From: Alphaproteobacteria bacterium
Lineage (GTDB): Bacteria > Pseudomonadota > Alphaproteobacteria > SP197
Direction: 5' to 3'
Length of the DNA: 64,000 bases
Assembly: GCA_965228895.1 (NCBI GenBank)
Contig: OZ245842.1
Location: 2,080,001-2,144,000, forward strand
Positions 9,070 to 18,624 of this stretch are shown in pieces; the stretch's first letter is position 1; every line of letters begins with the position of its first letter. The translations under genes and the position numbers were made by a program. The notes under the pieces are model-generated. The model saw only the letters and a list, made by a program, of their open reading frames with translations. It had not been told where the DNA came from and ran no database searches.

Positions 9070-10372
9070 AGCGGTACCTCTCACACATGGCTTCGGGGCT
9101 TTGATCGGCGAACATCGCGCTCTCATAGCGTTTGAGGGAGGTGTAGGCCTCGATCATGATGGGCGAAAACCAGCCGAGCACCGTTTCGTCGCCGGCGAAG
9201 GCTTCGAGCGCCGCGTCCAATGATTGAGGCAGCGGTTCGATCCCGAGCTCCCGGCGTTCGGCGTCGCTGAGGTCGGCTGGATCGCTGTCGAGCAGGGGTG
9301 GCAACGCCAGTTTGCCCCGAATGCCTTCAAGGCCCGCACGCACGATTGCGCCCAGGGCCAGATAGGGGCTTGCTGTCGCATCGGTGGCGCGGAATTCGAT
9401 GTTGAACGCGTTGCCGCGCTCGGCGGGATCATGTTTGGGCGAAGGGCAGATACGGATCGCCGCCTCGCGGTTCTGGACGCCGACGGCGTTGTAGCCGCAG
9501 CTCCAATGGTGCGGTCCAAGCCGCAGGTAGGAGACCGGGCTCGGCGCGGCCAGCGCGGTCAAGGCCGCCATATGGCGCGAGATGCCGGCGACGAAGTGGG
9601 CGGCGACGTCGCTCAGTTCGCCCGGCCCATCCGGGTCGAAGGCGGCGGGATTGCCCTGGTCGTCGCGAAAGCTCATGTGCAGATGACAGCCGTTGCCGAC
9701 CCCATCGGGCGTCGGCTTCGGTGTCACCGTGGCATGCAGACCGCAGCGCCGGGCGACCTCGCGCAGAACTTCCCGCGTTACGACGACACGATCGGCGCCG
9801 GCAACACCTTCAGCCGGTCCGCAGCTGATCTCGTATTGACTAAGACCATATTCCGGCTCGACCGTCTCCAGGCCGACATCGACGCTCTTGAGCGCCGCCA
9901 CGAGGCGCTCGATAAACGGCGCGACCTGACGCGCGCTGCCAAGCGAGAAGGGTGCGACCCAGGGACCGTCGCCACCGGTTAGCAGGAATTCGTTCTCATA
10001 GGCCGAGTGCAGTGTCAGCCCGGTCTCGGCTTTCAGATCGTCAAGCGCAGCGATCAGGAAACTGCGGGTGCAGCACTCCCAGGGGCTGCCGTCGGCGTTG
10101 AGCGAATTGCACAGGACGAAGTCCAAGGCCGGCCAGTCGCCATCGCCATCCAGGTGAACCTGGGTCGCCGGGTCGGGCGTTTGCCGCAGTTCGGTCATCG
10201 GACCCCAGGGGTTCGGCGCGATATCCTCGAACGGTGTCAGCGACTGTCCGGCCGCGGCCCAGCCCAAGCCGTGTTGTTTGCGGCTCTCGTATTCGCTCTT
10301 CGGTACGCCGCGCGTGCGCGCCAACCCGACCAGGTCGTTCCAGACCAGATAAACGACATCCCCCTCACTCAT
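9059..10372 (-). CDS. Glutamine synthetase-like gamma-glutamyl ligase (PA5508/PauA7-like)
   Basis: YENEF, EPEYGLSQYEI, GNGCHLHMS, SYLRLGPHHWS, NREAAIRICP and NIEFR; N-terminal LTP..I..PWG..LR..PDP pattern. Confidence 0.88.
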   Translation of the reverse strand: MSEGDVVYLVWNDLVGLARTRGVPKSEYESRKQHGLGWAAAGQSLTPFEDIAPNPWGPMTELRQTPDPATQVHLDGDGDWPALDFVLCNSLNADGSPWECCTRSFLIAALDDLKAETGLTLHSAYENEFLLTGGDGPWVAPFSLGSARQVAPFIERLVAALKSVDVGLETVEPEYGLSQYEISCGPAEGVAGADRVVVTREVLREVARRCGLHATVTPKPTPDGVGNGCHLHMSFRDDQGNPAAFDPDGPGELSDVAAHFVAGISRHMAALTALAAPSPVSYLRLGPHHWSCGYNAVGVQNREAAIRICPSPKHDPAERGNAFNIEFRATDATASPYLALGAIVRAGLEGIRGKLALPPLLDSDPADLSDAERRELGIEPLPQSLDAALEAFAGDETVLGWFSPIMIEAYTSLKRYESAMFADQSPEAMCERYRFAY

Positions 10373-10375
10373 GAC

Positions 10376-11281
10376 TTAGCTTCGTCCCCCGTCGTTCTCC
10401 TGTTCGCTCCATGTCGAGCCCGTCCTGAGCTCCTCAAGCACCTCGATGCGCTGACGGATCGACGTCCCCATGCGTGCAACCAGCGCGGCCAGCAAGGTCT
10501 CGGCGACGGCGAGGGCAGCGACAAGCGAGTCATAGGGCGACGGCGCTTCGACGCTGGCGGTCAGCACATGATCGGCGATGTCGGCAATTGGCGACAGCCA
10601 GGGATCGGTGATCAGGACAATCGTCACACCGCGTTTCGCGGCCTTGTGGGCAAAGTCCACGGTGTCCTTCTGGTAGCGTCGAAAGTCGAAGACGATGAGC
10701 ACATCGCGCCGGCCCATGTCGAGCAGACTGTCGTTCCGCAAGCCGCCGTCGGACCCGATAAGTCGGCAGTTCGGCCGAAACTGGAAGAGATCGGAGAAAA
10801 GGGCGGTCGCGCATGTCTGCGACGAGCGCCCGCCGGTCGTCCAGATCGGCCGCCGCGGGTCGGCCAGAAGCTCGACCACGGCCTCGATTTCGGCACGCGG
10901 CAGATTGGCAAAGGTCGCGTCGAGCGCGCGCACGAAGGTCTGGTGCGCCTGCTCAACGACATCCTTCGGGCCCGACTTGGCGCGCCGGCGTTCGTACATG
11001 CGAAGTGGGGAATCAATGCGCGCGGCGAGATCCTGGCGCAGCGCCTTTTGAAACTCTGGATAACCAGCGAAGCCGAGTTTGGTTGCGAAGCGCACGACGG
11101 TCGGGCCGCTGACCTGTGTGCGCTGCGCAAGCTCGGCCACGGTGTCGAAGCCCGCCATCATGTTGGTGGCGAAGAGCGCGCGCGCGACCTTACGTTCGGA
11201 TGGCGTTAGATCGGCGGAGCGCTGATGAATCAACTCGCCCAGCGTCGTGCGCTCGGTGTCTTTATCCGTCGCCGCAGTCAT
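10376..11281 (-). CDS. RpiR/MurR family transcriptional regulator
   Basis: LTPSERKVA and VSGPTVVRFATKLGFAGYPEFQ HTH, then a SIS domain (DVLIVFDFRRY, ITDPWLSPIA). Start taken at MTAATD. Confidence 0.9.
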   Translation of the reverse strand: MTAATDKDTERTTLGELIHQRSADLTPSERKVARALFATNMMAGFDTVAELAQRTQVSGPTVVRFATKLGFAGYPEFQKALRQDLAARIDSPLRMYERRRAKSGPKDVVEQAHQTFVRALDATFANLPRAEIEAVVELLADPRRPIWTTGGRSSQTCATALFSDLFQFRPNCRLIGSDGGLRNDSLLDMGRRDVLIVFDFRRYQKDTVDFAHKAAKRGVTIVLITDPWLSPIADIADHVLTASVEAPSPYDSLVAALAVAETLLAALVARMGTSIRQRIEVLEELRTGSTWSEQENDGGRS

Positions 11282-11296
11282 GTAACAAGCATTACA
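11281..11296. promoter_or_regulatory. Palindromic operator candidate TGTAA-N6-TTACA for the RpiR-family regulator
   Basis: TGTAACAAGCATTACA lies in the divergent intergenic region and overlaps the regulator start codon; a second TGTAACA is at 11320-11326. It resembles HexR-type TGTAA...TTACA boxes. Confidence 0.55.
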
Positions 11297-11455
11297 GAAC
11301 GGATCGAAACGGTCAATTGTGTAACATGAAGCTTGACGGGCTAAACGGCAGGTCCCTATCGTTGTTCCATAACCAACCGTTAACAAAGCGGGGACAAAGG
11401 GGTGGGGCAGCCGGCTGCCGGCAAGGGGCAATCACCAGGGCCGAGTGGGGGCGTG

Positions 11456-13297
11456 ATGCGGTTGCTGCCGCAGGGCACGGTGCCCGGCAGTCTGATTCTC
11501 ATTGTCCCGATCGTTATCGTAACGCTGATTGCTTGGCAGACCGTTGGCGCGGCCATGCAGGGCACGGTCACCCACTACCTTGTCATGACCGTCGCGGTCC
11601 TGGCGTTCAGCATCTTCACCGGCAACTCGGGCATTCTGAGTTTCGGTCACGCCGCCTTCATGGGGTTGGCGGCGCACATCACCGGTGCGCTGACCATACC
11701 GGCGGCGCAGAAGGCGATTTTTCTGCCCGAACTGCCCATGTGGCTGGCCCAGACGGAGCTCAGTTTTCTGACTGCCGGCCTCATCGCGGTTGTCATCGTC
11801 ACGGTGATAGCCTTCCTGATCGGTGTGCCGATCGCCAGGCTTGGTGGTCCGTCGGCGGCCATCGCGACCCTGGGCCTGTTGATCATCATCTACGGCGTCA
11901 TCGTCGGTGCGCGTGATTTCACGCGCGGTAGCCAGGCGCTGATCGGCGTACCAAAGGAAATCGATATTCCGACGGCGTTGATCTTTGCCGCGCTGGCAAT
12001 CGTCATTGCCCGCGCCTTCCGGGATTCGCTCGCCGGACTCGAACTGCGCGCAGTGCGCGAGGACGAACCGGCGGCGCGCGCCATTGGCGTCAACGCGCCG
12101 GGCCGACGGCTTTTGGCCTGGACCGTCAGCGGCGGCGTCGCAGCACTTGCCGGTGTCCTGCTGGCGCATTATCTGGGCGTCTATTCGCCCAAGGAGTTCT
12201 ACTTCCAGATCACCTTCGCGATCCTGGTCATGCTGATTGTCGGCGGTATGACCAGCGTATCCGGCGCGGTGGTCGGCGCCATTGCCGTCACCGTGATGAT
12301 CGAGGTGTTGCGCACCGCCGAGGACCGCCTGAACGCCGACGTTTTCGGCGAACCCACCGTGTTCGGCCTGACCGATATCGGCCTCAGCCTGGCTATCCTG
12401 GCTATTCTGTTTTGGCGGCGCGAGGGCCTGTTCGGCTTCTGGGAAGTCGATGAGCTCTTCGGACGCTGGCGAAAACGAAACGTTAGCCATGACACCGCCC
12501 CGTCGACTTCGGAAGCCGCGGCCAAGATCGCGCCGGAAGGCAGCTTGGCCGTCGAAAACGTCGTCAAGGCGTTTGGCGGCCTGCGCGCGGTGGATGGCGC
12601 CAGCCTGGACCTCCGGCCGGGCGAAATCGTCGGCCTGATCGGCCCCAACGGCTCGGGCAAGACGACGCTGCTGGGCACGATCTCTGGCGCCCTGGAGTTG
12701 ACCGAAGGTCGCATCGAATTGGATGGCGACGACATCTCCGACCTGCCGGCCCATAAAATTGCGCGCCGCCATGTCGGCCGGACCTTCCAGAACATTCGCC
12801 TCTTCGTGCACTTGACCGTGCTCGACAACGTTAAGGTCGCGTTGGCGGCGAGCGGCACGCGCCTGGCGCCGGCGGAGATGGTGGCGCGTTCAACCGCGCT
12901 CTTGGGCGAACTCGGTATCGCCGACTATGCGTACCGGCGCGCCGGTACGCTGCCCTATGGTTTGCAGCGCCGGCTGGAGATCGCCCGGGCGCTGGCTCTT
13001 ACGCCGCGCTATCTGCTGCTCGACGAGCCGGCAGCGGGCATGAACGAAACGGAATCCGACGAACTGCTGGAGATCCTGGGCCGGTTGCGTGACAGCCGCG
13101 GTCTGGGCCTGCTGGTCGTCGACCACGACCTGCGCCTGATCATGCGTTTATGCGACCGGGTGGTCGTCTTGAACAAGGGACAGGTCATTGCCGAGGGCGC
13201 ACCGGGAGAGGTTCAAGCCAATCCCGATGTGATCGAGGCATATCTTGGCAAACGCAGGGCGGCGACCCGTGCCGCACCTGCACCACAAGGGAGGTAG
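11456..13297 (+). CDS. Branched-chain amino acid-type ABC transporter, fused permease and ATPase (LivM-LivG-like)
   Basis: Hydrophobic N-half with SFGHAAFMG and AVREDEPAARAIGVN; C-half with GPNGSGKTT, LPYGLQRRLEIARAL and LLLDEPAAGM. Confidence 0.9.
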   Translation: MRLLPQGTVPGSLILIVPIVIVTLIAWQTVGAAMQGTVTHYLVMTVAVLAFSIFTGNSGILSFGHAAFMGLAAHITGALTIPAAQKAIFLPELPMWLAQTELSFLTAGLIAVVIVTVIAFLIGVPIARLGGPSAAIATLGLLIIIYGVIVGARDFTRGSQALIGVPKEIDIPTALIFAALAIVIARAFRDSLAGLELRAVREDEPAARAIGVNAPGRRLLAWTVSGGVAALAGVLLAHYLGVYSPKEFYFQITFAILVMLIVGGMTSVSGAVVGAIAVTVMIEVLRTAEDRLNADVFGEPTVFGLTDIGLSLAILAILFWRREGLFGFWEVDELFGRWRKRNVSHDTAPSTSEAAAKIAPEGSLAVENVVKAFGGLRAVDGASLDLRPGEIVGLIGPNGSGKTTLLGTISGALELTEGRIELDGDDISDLPAHKIARRHVGRTFQNIRLFVHLTVLDNVKVALAASGTRLAPAEMVARSTALLGELGIADYAYRRAGTLPYGLQRRLEIARALALTPRYLLLDEPAAGMNETESDELLEILGRLRDSRGLGLLVVDHDLRLIMRLCDRVVVLNKGQVIAEGAPGEVQANPDVIEAYLGKRRAATRAAPAPQGR

Positions 13298-13302
13298 AGT
13301 TA

Positions 13303-14475
13303 ATGACGATATCCCGTTGGTTAAAGACAACCGCCATGTCGGCGGCGCTGGTCGGCGCCGGTGCGATGGCCGGTACGGCGGTAGCGCAAGACACGCTGAT
13401 CATCGGCTATGCCGGTGGCCACACCGGCTATTTGGCGCCCTACGACCAGCCGTCGCTGAAAGGCGTGCAACTGGCGATCGAGGAGATCAATGCGGCCGGT
13501 GGTATCGGCGGCACCATGCCAATCGAACTGATCGTCAAGGACACCCGCTCCGACACGGCCCAGGCTGCCGTGGCGGCGCAGGAACTGGTCGATGAGGGCG
13601 TTCATGTCATGATCGTCAGCTGCGACGTCGACCCGGCCGTTGCGTCCGGCGTCGTCGCCCAGGCTGCCGAGATCCCGTCGGTCAGTTCATGCGCTTCGAC
13701 GCCGACCCTGCCGGCGGCGGTTGGCCCCTACATGTTCAGCAACTACACCGCCGACAACCTGCAGGCGGCTGTGCTGGCCGACTACGCGCGTCAGGAAGGT
13801 TATGAAAACGCCTATGTCCTTCTGTCGCGTGACACGCCTTACACGGAGAAGCTGCCTGAGTACTTTGCCGAAGCGTTCGGCGATCGCGGCGGCAACGTCG
13901 TCATGATCGGCGAATACACCATGGGCCAGCAGGACTTTTCGGCCGAGGTCACCAACATCACCGGCCTCGATCCGCAGCCCGACGTCATCATGACATCGGC
14001 CTATGAGCCCGATTTCCCGGCGTTCATCAAGCAGCTTCGGGCAGCCGGCATCGATACGCCGGTGCTGGGTTCCGACGGCATCGATTCGCCGACCACGTTC
14101 TCGCTCGGTGACGTCTCCGAAGGCGTTGTCTTCTCCAACGCCGGCTTCCCCTCGGAAGGCAGTGCGCTTGAGGCGTACGAAGTCGCCTATGAGGAGAAGT
14201 ATGGCGAGCCCAACGACACGATCTTCTCGGCCACCGGTTATGACATCGTCAAGGTCGTGGCCGCGGCGGTCGAGCAGGCCGGGTCGACGGACGGCGCGGC
14301 CATCCGTGATGCCTGGGACAACCTGGAGAACGTCGAGGTGGCGACCGGCACGATGACCTACAAGGGTCAGGAACGTGTGCCCGTGCGTGTCGTTGCCTTG
14401 AACCGTGTCAACAACGGCCTGCGTGAGCATGTCGGTGACTTCTCGCCTGATCCGTCACAGATCCCTGCTCCGTGA
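13303..14475 (+). CDS. ABC transporter substrate-binding protein (LivK/Leu-Ile-Val-binding family)
   Basis: SD GGAGG; signal peptide (AVA-Q); AIEEINAAGGIGG, DTRSD and QDFSAEV. Confidence 0.9.
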   Translation: MTISRWLKTTAMSAALVGAGAMAGTAVAQDTLIIGYAGGHTGYLAPYDQPSLKGVQLAIEEINAAGGIGGTMPIELIVKDTRSDTAQAAVAAQELVDEGVHVMIVSCDVDPAVASGVVAQAAEIPSVSSCASTPTLPAAVGPYMFSNYTADNLQAAVLADYARQEGYENAYVLLSRDTPYTEKLPEYFAEAFGDRGGNVVMIGEYTMGQQDFSAEVTNITGLDPQPDVIMTSAYEPDFPAFIKQLRAAGIDTPVLGSDGIDSPTTFSLGDVSEGVVFSNAGFPSEGSALEAYEVAYEEKYGEPNDTIFSATGYDIVKVVAAAVEQAGSTDGAAIRDAWDNLENVEVATGTMTYKGQERVPVRVVALNRVNNGLREHVGDFSPDPSQIPAP

Positions 14476-15197
14476 GCGATCAGGGCCACGTACTGACGGT
14501 TGAGGGGCTCACGGTCCGCTACGGCGCTATCGAAGCCGTGCGGGGCGTGAGCCTCGCCGTCGACGACGGAGAGATTACGACCCTTCTCGGCGCCAATGGC
14601 GCCGGGAAGAGTTCGACACTGAACGCGATCATGGGCCTGGTGCCGGTAGCGGCCGGGACGGTCGTCTTGGAAGGCCGCAACGTGGCCGGCGAAGCGCCGG
14701 AGCGTGTCGTGCGCCGTGGCATGACTCTGACGCCGGAGGGCCGCCACGTCTTCGCCAACCTGACGGTGATGGAAAACCTGTCGCTGGGGGCGGCCTCGCG
14801 CCGCGACCGCAGCGAGATCGCCGCCACCCGTGACGATATGATGACCCTGTTCCCCGTGCTTGCCGAACGCCGCGAACAGGTGGCCGGTACGTTGTCTGGC
14901 GGTGAGCAGCAGATGCTGGCAATCGCGCGCTCGCTGATGTCGAAGCCGCGCATTCTTCTCTTGGACGAACCGTCGCTCGGCCTGGCGCCTCAGATCGTCG
15001 ATACGATCTTTGAGCTGATCGCCGGCCTGCGTGATCGTGGCCTGACCATCCTGCTGGTCGAACAGAACGTCGACCTGGCGCTCGAGATTGCCAACCGAGG
15101 TTATGTCATGGCCTCCGGTTCGATCGTCATGTCCGGCACGGCCGAAGAGCTTCGCCGCTCCGCCGGCGTCGAGCGCGCCTATATGGGCGTGGCCTGA
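14472..15197 (+). CDS. ABC transporter ATP-binding protein (LivF-like)
   Basis: GANGAGKSS, LSGGEQQMLAIAR and LLLDEPSLGLAP. Confidence 0.92.
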   Translation: MSDQGHVLTVEGLTVRYGAIEAVRGVSLAVDDGEITTLLGANGAGKSSTLNAIMGLVPVAAGTVVLEGRNVAGEAPERVVRRGMTLTPEGRHVFANLTVMENLSLGAASRRDRSEIAATRDDMMTLFPVLAERREQVAGTLSGGEQQMLAIARSLMSKPRILLLDEPSLGLAPQIVDTIFELIAGLRDRGLTILLVEQNVDLALEIANRGYVMASGSIVMSGTAEELRRSAGVERAYMGVA

Positions 15198-15221
15198 ACC
15201 GGACGGCGGGGCGGGGGCGCA

Positions 15222-16106
15222 ATGGATATCCTGGTTCAGCAGTCGGTCAACGCTTTGGCGCTTGGCGGCACCTATGCCTTGCTGGCGCTGGGCCTTGCCA
15301 TGGTGTTCAGCGTGCTCGGCCTGATCAACTTCGCCCATGGCGATCTGATGACGATCACCGGCTATGCCATGTTCTTCTGCATTGCCGGTGGCTTAGCGTT
15401 TCCCGTCGCCGTATTCGCCGGTATCCTGGCGGCGATTGCCGCGGCCGTCCTGATGGAGCGAGTTGCCTTCAGGCCGGTGCGCGACGCCAGTACGGCGACC
15501 ATGCTGCTGACCAGCTTTGCGGTCAGCACGATCCTGCACATGCTGTTCCAGAACCTGATCTCGGCACGGCCTCGGGCCATCCCGATGCCCAGTTTTCTCG
15601 GTGGTGCCATCGACATTGCGGGTTTCGATATTGGCGCCATTCAGGCGGTATCCATTAGCGCGACCGCCCTCTTGCTCTTCGCGCTCACCATGTTCCTGCG
15701 CCGCTCCATGCTGGGCATCGCCATGCGCGCGGCCTCGCTCGACTTCCCGACCACGCGGCTCATGGGCATCAACGCCAACGCCGTGATCTCGACGGCCTTC
15801 GCCATATCCGGCCTCTTGGCCGGTGTTGCCGGCGTGCTGTGGCTGGCGCAGCGCGGCTCCGTCGACCCGCTGATGGGTTTTCTGCCGGTGCTGAAGGCCT
15901 TTATCGCCGTCGTCCTCGGCGGTTTGGGCAGCCTCTCGGGCGCCGTCGTTGGTGGCCTCGTCTTGGGCATCATTGAAGTCGGCCTGCGTGCCTTTTTGCC
16001 TGAAGAACTGCTGCCGTTCCGTGAGTCCATCGCGCTGTCGCTGGTGATCATCCTGCTGCTGATACGGCCCGAAGGCCTGCTTGGGCGCAAGGAAGCCATT
16101 CGTTAG
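15222..16106 (+). CDS. ABC transporter permease (LivH-like)
   Basis: YALLALGL, INFAHGD and VLGGLGSLSGAVVGG. Confidence 0.92.
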   Translation: MDILVQQSVNALALGGTYALLALGLAMVFSVLGLINFAHGDLMTITGYAMFFCIAGGLAFPVAVFAGILAAIAAAVLMERVAFRPVRDASTATMLLTSFAVSTILHMLFQNLISARPRAIPMPSFLGGAIDIAGFDIGAIQAVSISATALLLFALTMFLRRSMLGIAMRAASLDFPTTRLMGINANAVISTAFAISGLLAGVAGVLWLAQRGSVDPLMGFLPVLKAFIAVVLGGLGSLSGAVVGGLVLGIIEVGLRAFLPEELLPFRESIALSLVIILLLIRPEGLLGRKEAIR

Positions 16107-16116
16107 GAGCGACGTC

Positions 16117-17292
16117 ATGACAGCGATCCAGAAAAAAGACGTCGTCGTGATAGGAGCCGGCATCGCCGGTGCATCGGCAGCCTACTTCTTGGCACAGCAG
16201 GGTATCGATGCGGCATTGGTAGAGCGCGAGCATCCTGCCAGCGGTCCCACCGGCACATCGTCGGCTGTCAGTCACCTGTTCTATACGGAGGCCGAGCTCT
16301 CACTGCTGGCCAGGCGTGGCTGCGAACTGCTGAAGGCCATCCCCGAGATCACCGGACACCCGCACCCGGTCTTCCACCCGGTTGGGATGTTATGGGCATG
16401 CGGAGCGAGTAACGAGGCGGTCTGGCGGGACGCGGCGACGCGCATTCGTGACGACGAGGGCGGCGGCATCGACATCCTGACACCGGGCGACATGGCGGGG
16501 ATGGCGCCGGGATTTGCCATGGATCAGATCGTCCTGGCTCTGTGGGAGGAGGCCTATGGCTATGCTGACCCCTATGACGCCACCAACGCCTTTGCGTCGG
16601 CGGCACGCGATGGCGGTGTCGAGGTGAAGCAGCAGGCCCGCGTTACCGAGCTAGAGGTAATGGCCGGCAAGGTATCGGGGCTTGCCCTGGCGAACGGCGA
16701 GCGGCTGGCGGCGGACTGCGTCATCTGCGCCATGGGGCCGTGGACAAGCTCGTTCGTTCGGGATCAAACCGGCGTTGATTTGCCGCTTCACATCGAGCGC
16801 CACGCCATGGCGGTTCTGGATGCCGCCGATCGTGCCGAGAGCGTTCTTCCGTTCGCATGGTGCGACGACATCAATGCCCATTACGCACGGCCCGAACGCG
16901 ATCACACCATCCTGGTCGGTACCTGGGCAGGTGGCGGTACCGGCGTTCGCAACGAGGAAGCCGACCGGCCCCAACAGCACACCGATCCCGACAACTTCGA
17001 CTCCGGATCATCACAGGATGAATCCGCCTGGATCGTGGAACAGGCCTTGCCGCGCATACCCGCGCTCGCAGAGCTCGGCATCAAACCAGGCTACGCCTGC
17101 CTCTACGATATGAGTCCGGACGATCTTCCGGTCGTCGACGCGGTGCCGGATGTTGACGGGCTCATTGTTGTCGCCGGATCCAGCGGCCATGGCTTCAAGC
17201 TTGGCCCCGCGGTCGGTGAGGAGGCCGTTCGGTTGGCGACCACCGGAGCTTCCGATCTGCTGGCACCTTTCGGCCTCTCTCGTTTCACCTGA
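16117..17292 (+). CDS. FAD-dependent oxidoreductase (D-amino acid oxidase/sarcosine oxidase beta family)
   Basis: VIGAGIAGAS Rossmann motif, GYADP, YDMSPDDLPVV and SGHGFKLGPAVG; SD AGGAG. Confidence 0.88.
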   Translation: MTAIQKKDVVVIGAGIAGASAAYFLAQQGIDAALVEREHPASGPTGTSSAVSHLFYTEAELSLLARRGCELLKAIPEITGHPHPVFHPVGMLWACGASNEAVWRDAATRIRDDEGGGIDILTPGDMAGMAPGFAMDQIVLALWEEAYGYADPYDATNAFASAARDGGVEVKQQARVTELEVMAGKVSGLALANGERLAADCVICAMGPWTSSFVRDQTGVDLPLHIERHAMAVLDAADRAESVLPFAWCDDINAHYARPERDHTILVGTWAGGGTGVRNEEADRPQQHTDPDNFDSGSSQDESAWIVEQALPRIPALAELGIKPGYACLYDMSPDDLPVVDAVPDVDGLIVVAGSSGHGFKLGPAVGEEAVRLATTGASDLLAPFGLSRFT

Positions 17293-17303
17293 TGGAGGAT
17301 AGC

Positions 17304-18623
17304 ATGGCCAATTCTCTCCTGGAGCGTGACGCAAAGGCGTTGGCCGCCATTGGCAAGCTCCGGTGTTTCCCCCTGACCATCAAACATGCGCGCGGCAACT
17401 ATCTGATCGAAGAGGATGGGCGTGAGGTGCTGGACATGGCGGCCTCGGCCGGCGCGGCCCTCCTGGGTTATGGCCACCCTGCCGTGGCGGAAGCCGCCCA
17501 ACGTGGAGTGACCGAGGCATGCAGTGCCTCCGATATGTTCGGCGCATCGGAAACCGCCGTCAGCCTGGCCGAGGAGCTCTTGGCGTTGGTCCCAGGACAG
17601 GGCGAACGCCGCGTCTGGTTCGGCCATAGCGGGTCGGATGCTAACGACACGGCCATGCGCGCGATCAGCGCGGCGACGGGGCGCCGGCGTTTCCTGTCGT
17701 TCTATGGCGCCTATCACGGCGGGGTGTCCGGCTCGATGTCAGTATCCAGCCACCCATCCCAGCAGCACAGCCTGCCACGCGCCGGTCTGGTCCAGATACC
17801 CTATCCCAACCCCTACCGGCCGTTCTCGGGCGAGGACGCGGCCAAGGCCGTGCTCGACTATCTCGACTTCGTGCTGGAATGCGGCGCGCCGCCGGACGAC
17901 ATCGGCGCTTGTTTCATTGAGCCGTTGCAGTCCGATGGCGGCATGATCGTGCCGCCGCCGGGTTTCTTGAAGGCGTTACAGGATCGTTGCCGCCGGCATG
18001 GCATTCTGCTTGTCAGCGACGAAGTGAAAGTCGGCCTGGGCCGGCCCGGCCGCTGGCATTGTTTCGAGTGCGAAGGCATCGAGCCGGATGTCGTTACCTT
18101 CGGCAAGGGGCTGGGCAGCGGCGTGCCGCTCTCGGCCATTGTCGCGCCGGCAGCGATCATGGATTGCCAGCCCGCTTTCGCGCTGATCACGACAACCGGT
18201 AATTCGGTTTGCACGTCGGTCGGGCGCGCGGTTTTGAAGACGATCGAGGACGAAGGCCTTGTCGCCAATGCCGCGGCGCGGGGCGACCAGATCATGGTGG
18301 GCCTGAAAGCCCTTCAGGCCGAGCATCCGATGCTGGGCGAAGTCCGGGGCAGGGGATTGGCCATCGGCCTTGAGCTGGTCAACGACCGTGAGACCCGCGA
18401 ACCGGCCGGTATGGCAGCCGCCAAGGTCGTCTTCCGGGCCTACCAGCTCGGTGTCGTCTGCACCTATGTCGGCATGTACTCCAACGTGCCGGAACTGACA
18501 CCGCCGCTGACGCTGAACGACAGCGAGGCCAAACTGGCGATCGATGTCATCGGCCAGGCGATCGACGATGTCGAGCAAGGCCGCGTCTCCGATGCCGATG
18601 TTGCCGAGTTTGCTGGTTGGTGA
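17304..18623 (+). CDS. Class III PLP aminotransferase or racemase-like enzyme
   Basis: SGSDAND, YHG, IEPLQSDGG, SDEVKVGLGR and TFGKGLG (PLP lysine); SD GGAGG. Confidence 0.88.
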   Translation: MANSLLERDAKALAAIGKLRCFPLTIKHARGNYLIEEDGREVLDMAASAGAALLGYGHPAVAEAAQRGVTEACSASDMFGASETAVSLAEELLALVPGQGERRVWFGHSGSDANDTAMRAISAATGRRRFLSFYGAYHGGVSGSMSVSSHPSQQHSLPRAGLVQIPYPNPYRPFSGEDAAKAVLDYLDFVLECGAPPDDIGACFIEPLQSDGGMIVPPPGFLKALQDRCRRHGILLVSDEVKVGLGRPGRWHCFECEGIEPDVVTFGKGLGSGVPLSAIVAPAAIMDCQPAFALITTTGNSVCTSVGRAVLKTIEDEGLVANAAARGDQIMVGLKALQAEHPMLGEVRGRGLAIGLELVNDRETREPAGMAAAKVVFRAYQLGVVCTYVGMYSNVPELTPPLTLNDSEAKLAIDVIGQAIDDVEQGRVSDADVAEFAGW

Positions 18624-18624
18624 C

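Noticed and set aside
11369-11384. ATAA-N7-TTAAC, a near CtrA box
   Set aside because: It has one mismatch, occurs once and precedes a catabolic operon; chance is a sufficient explanation.
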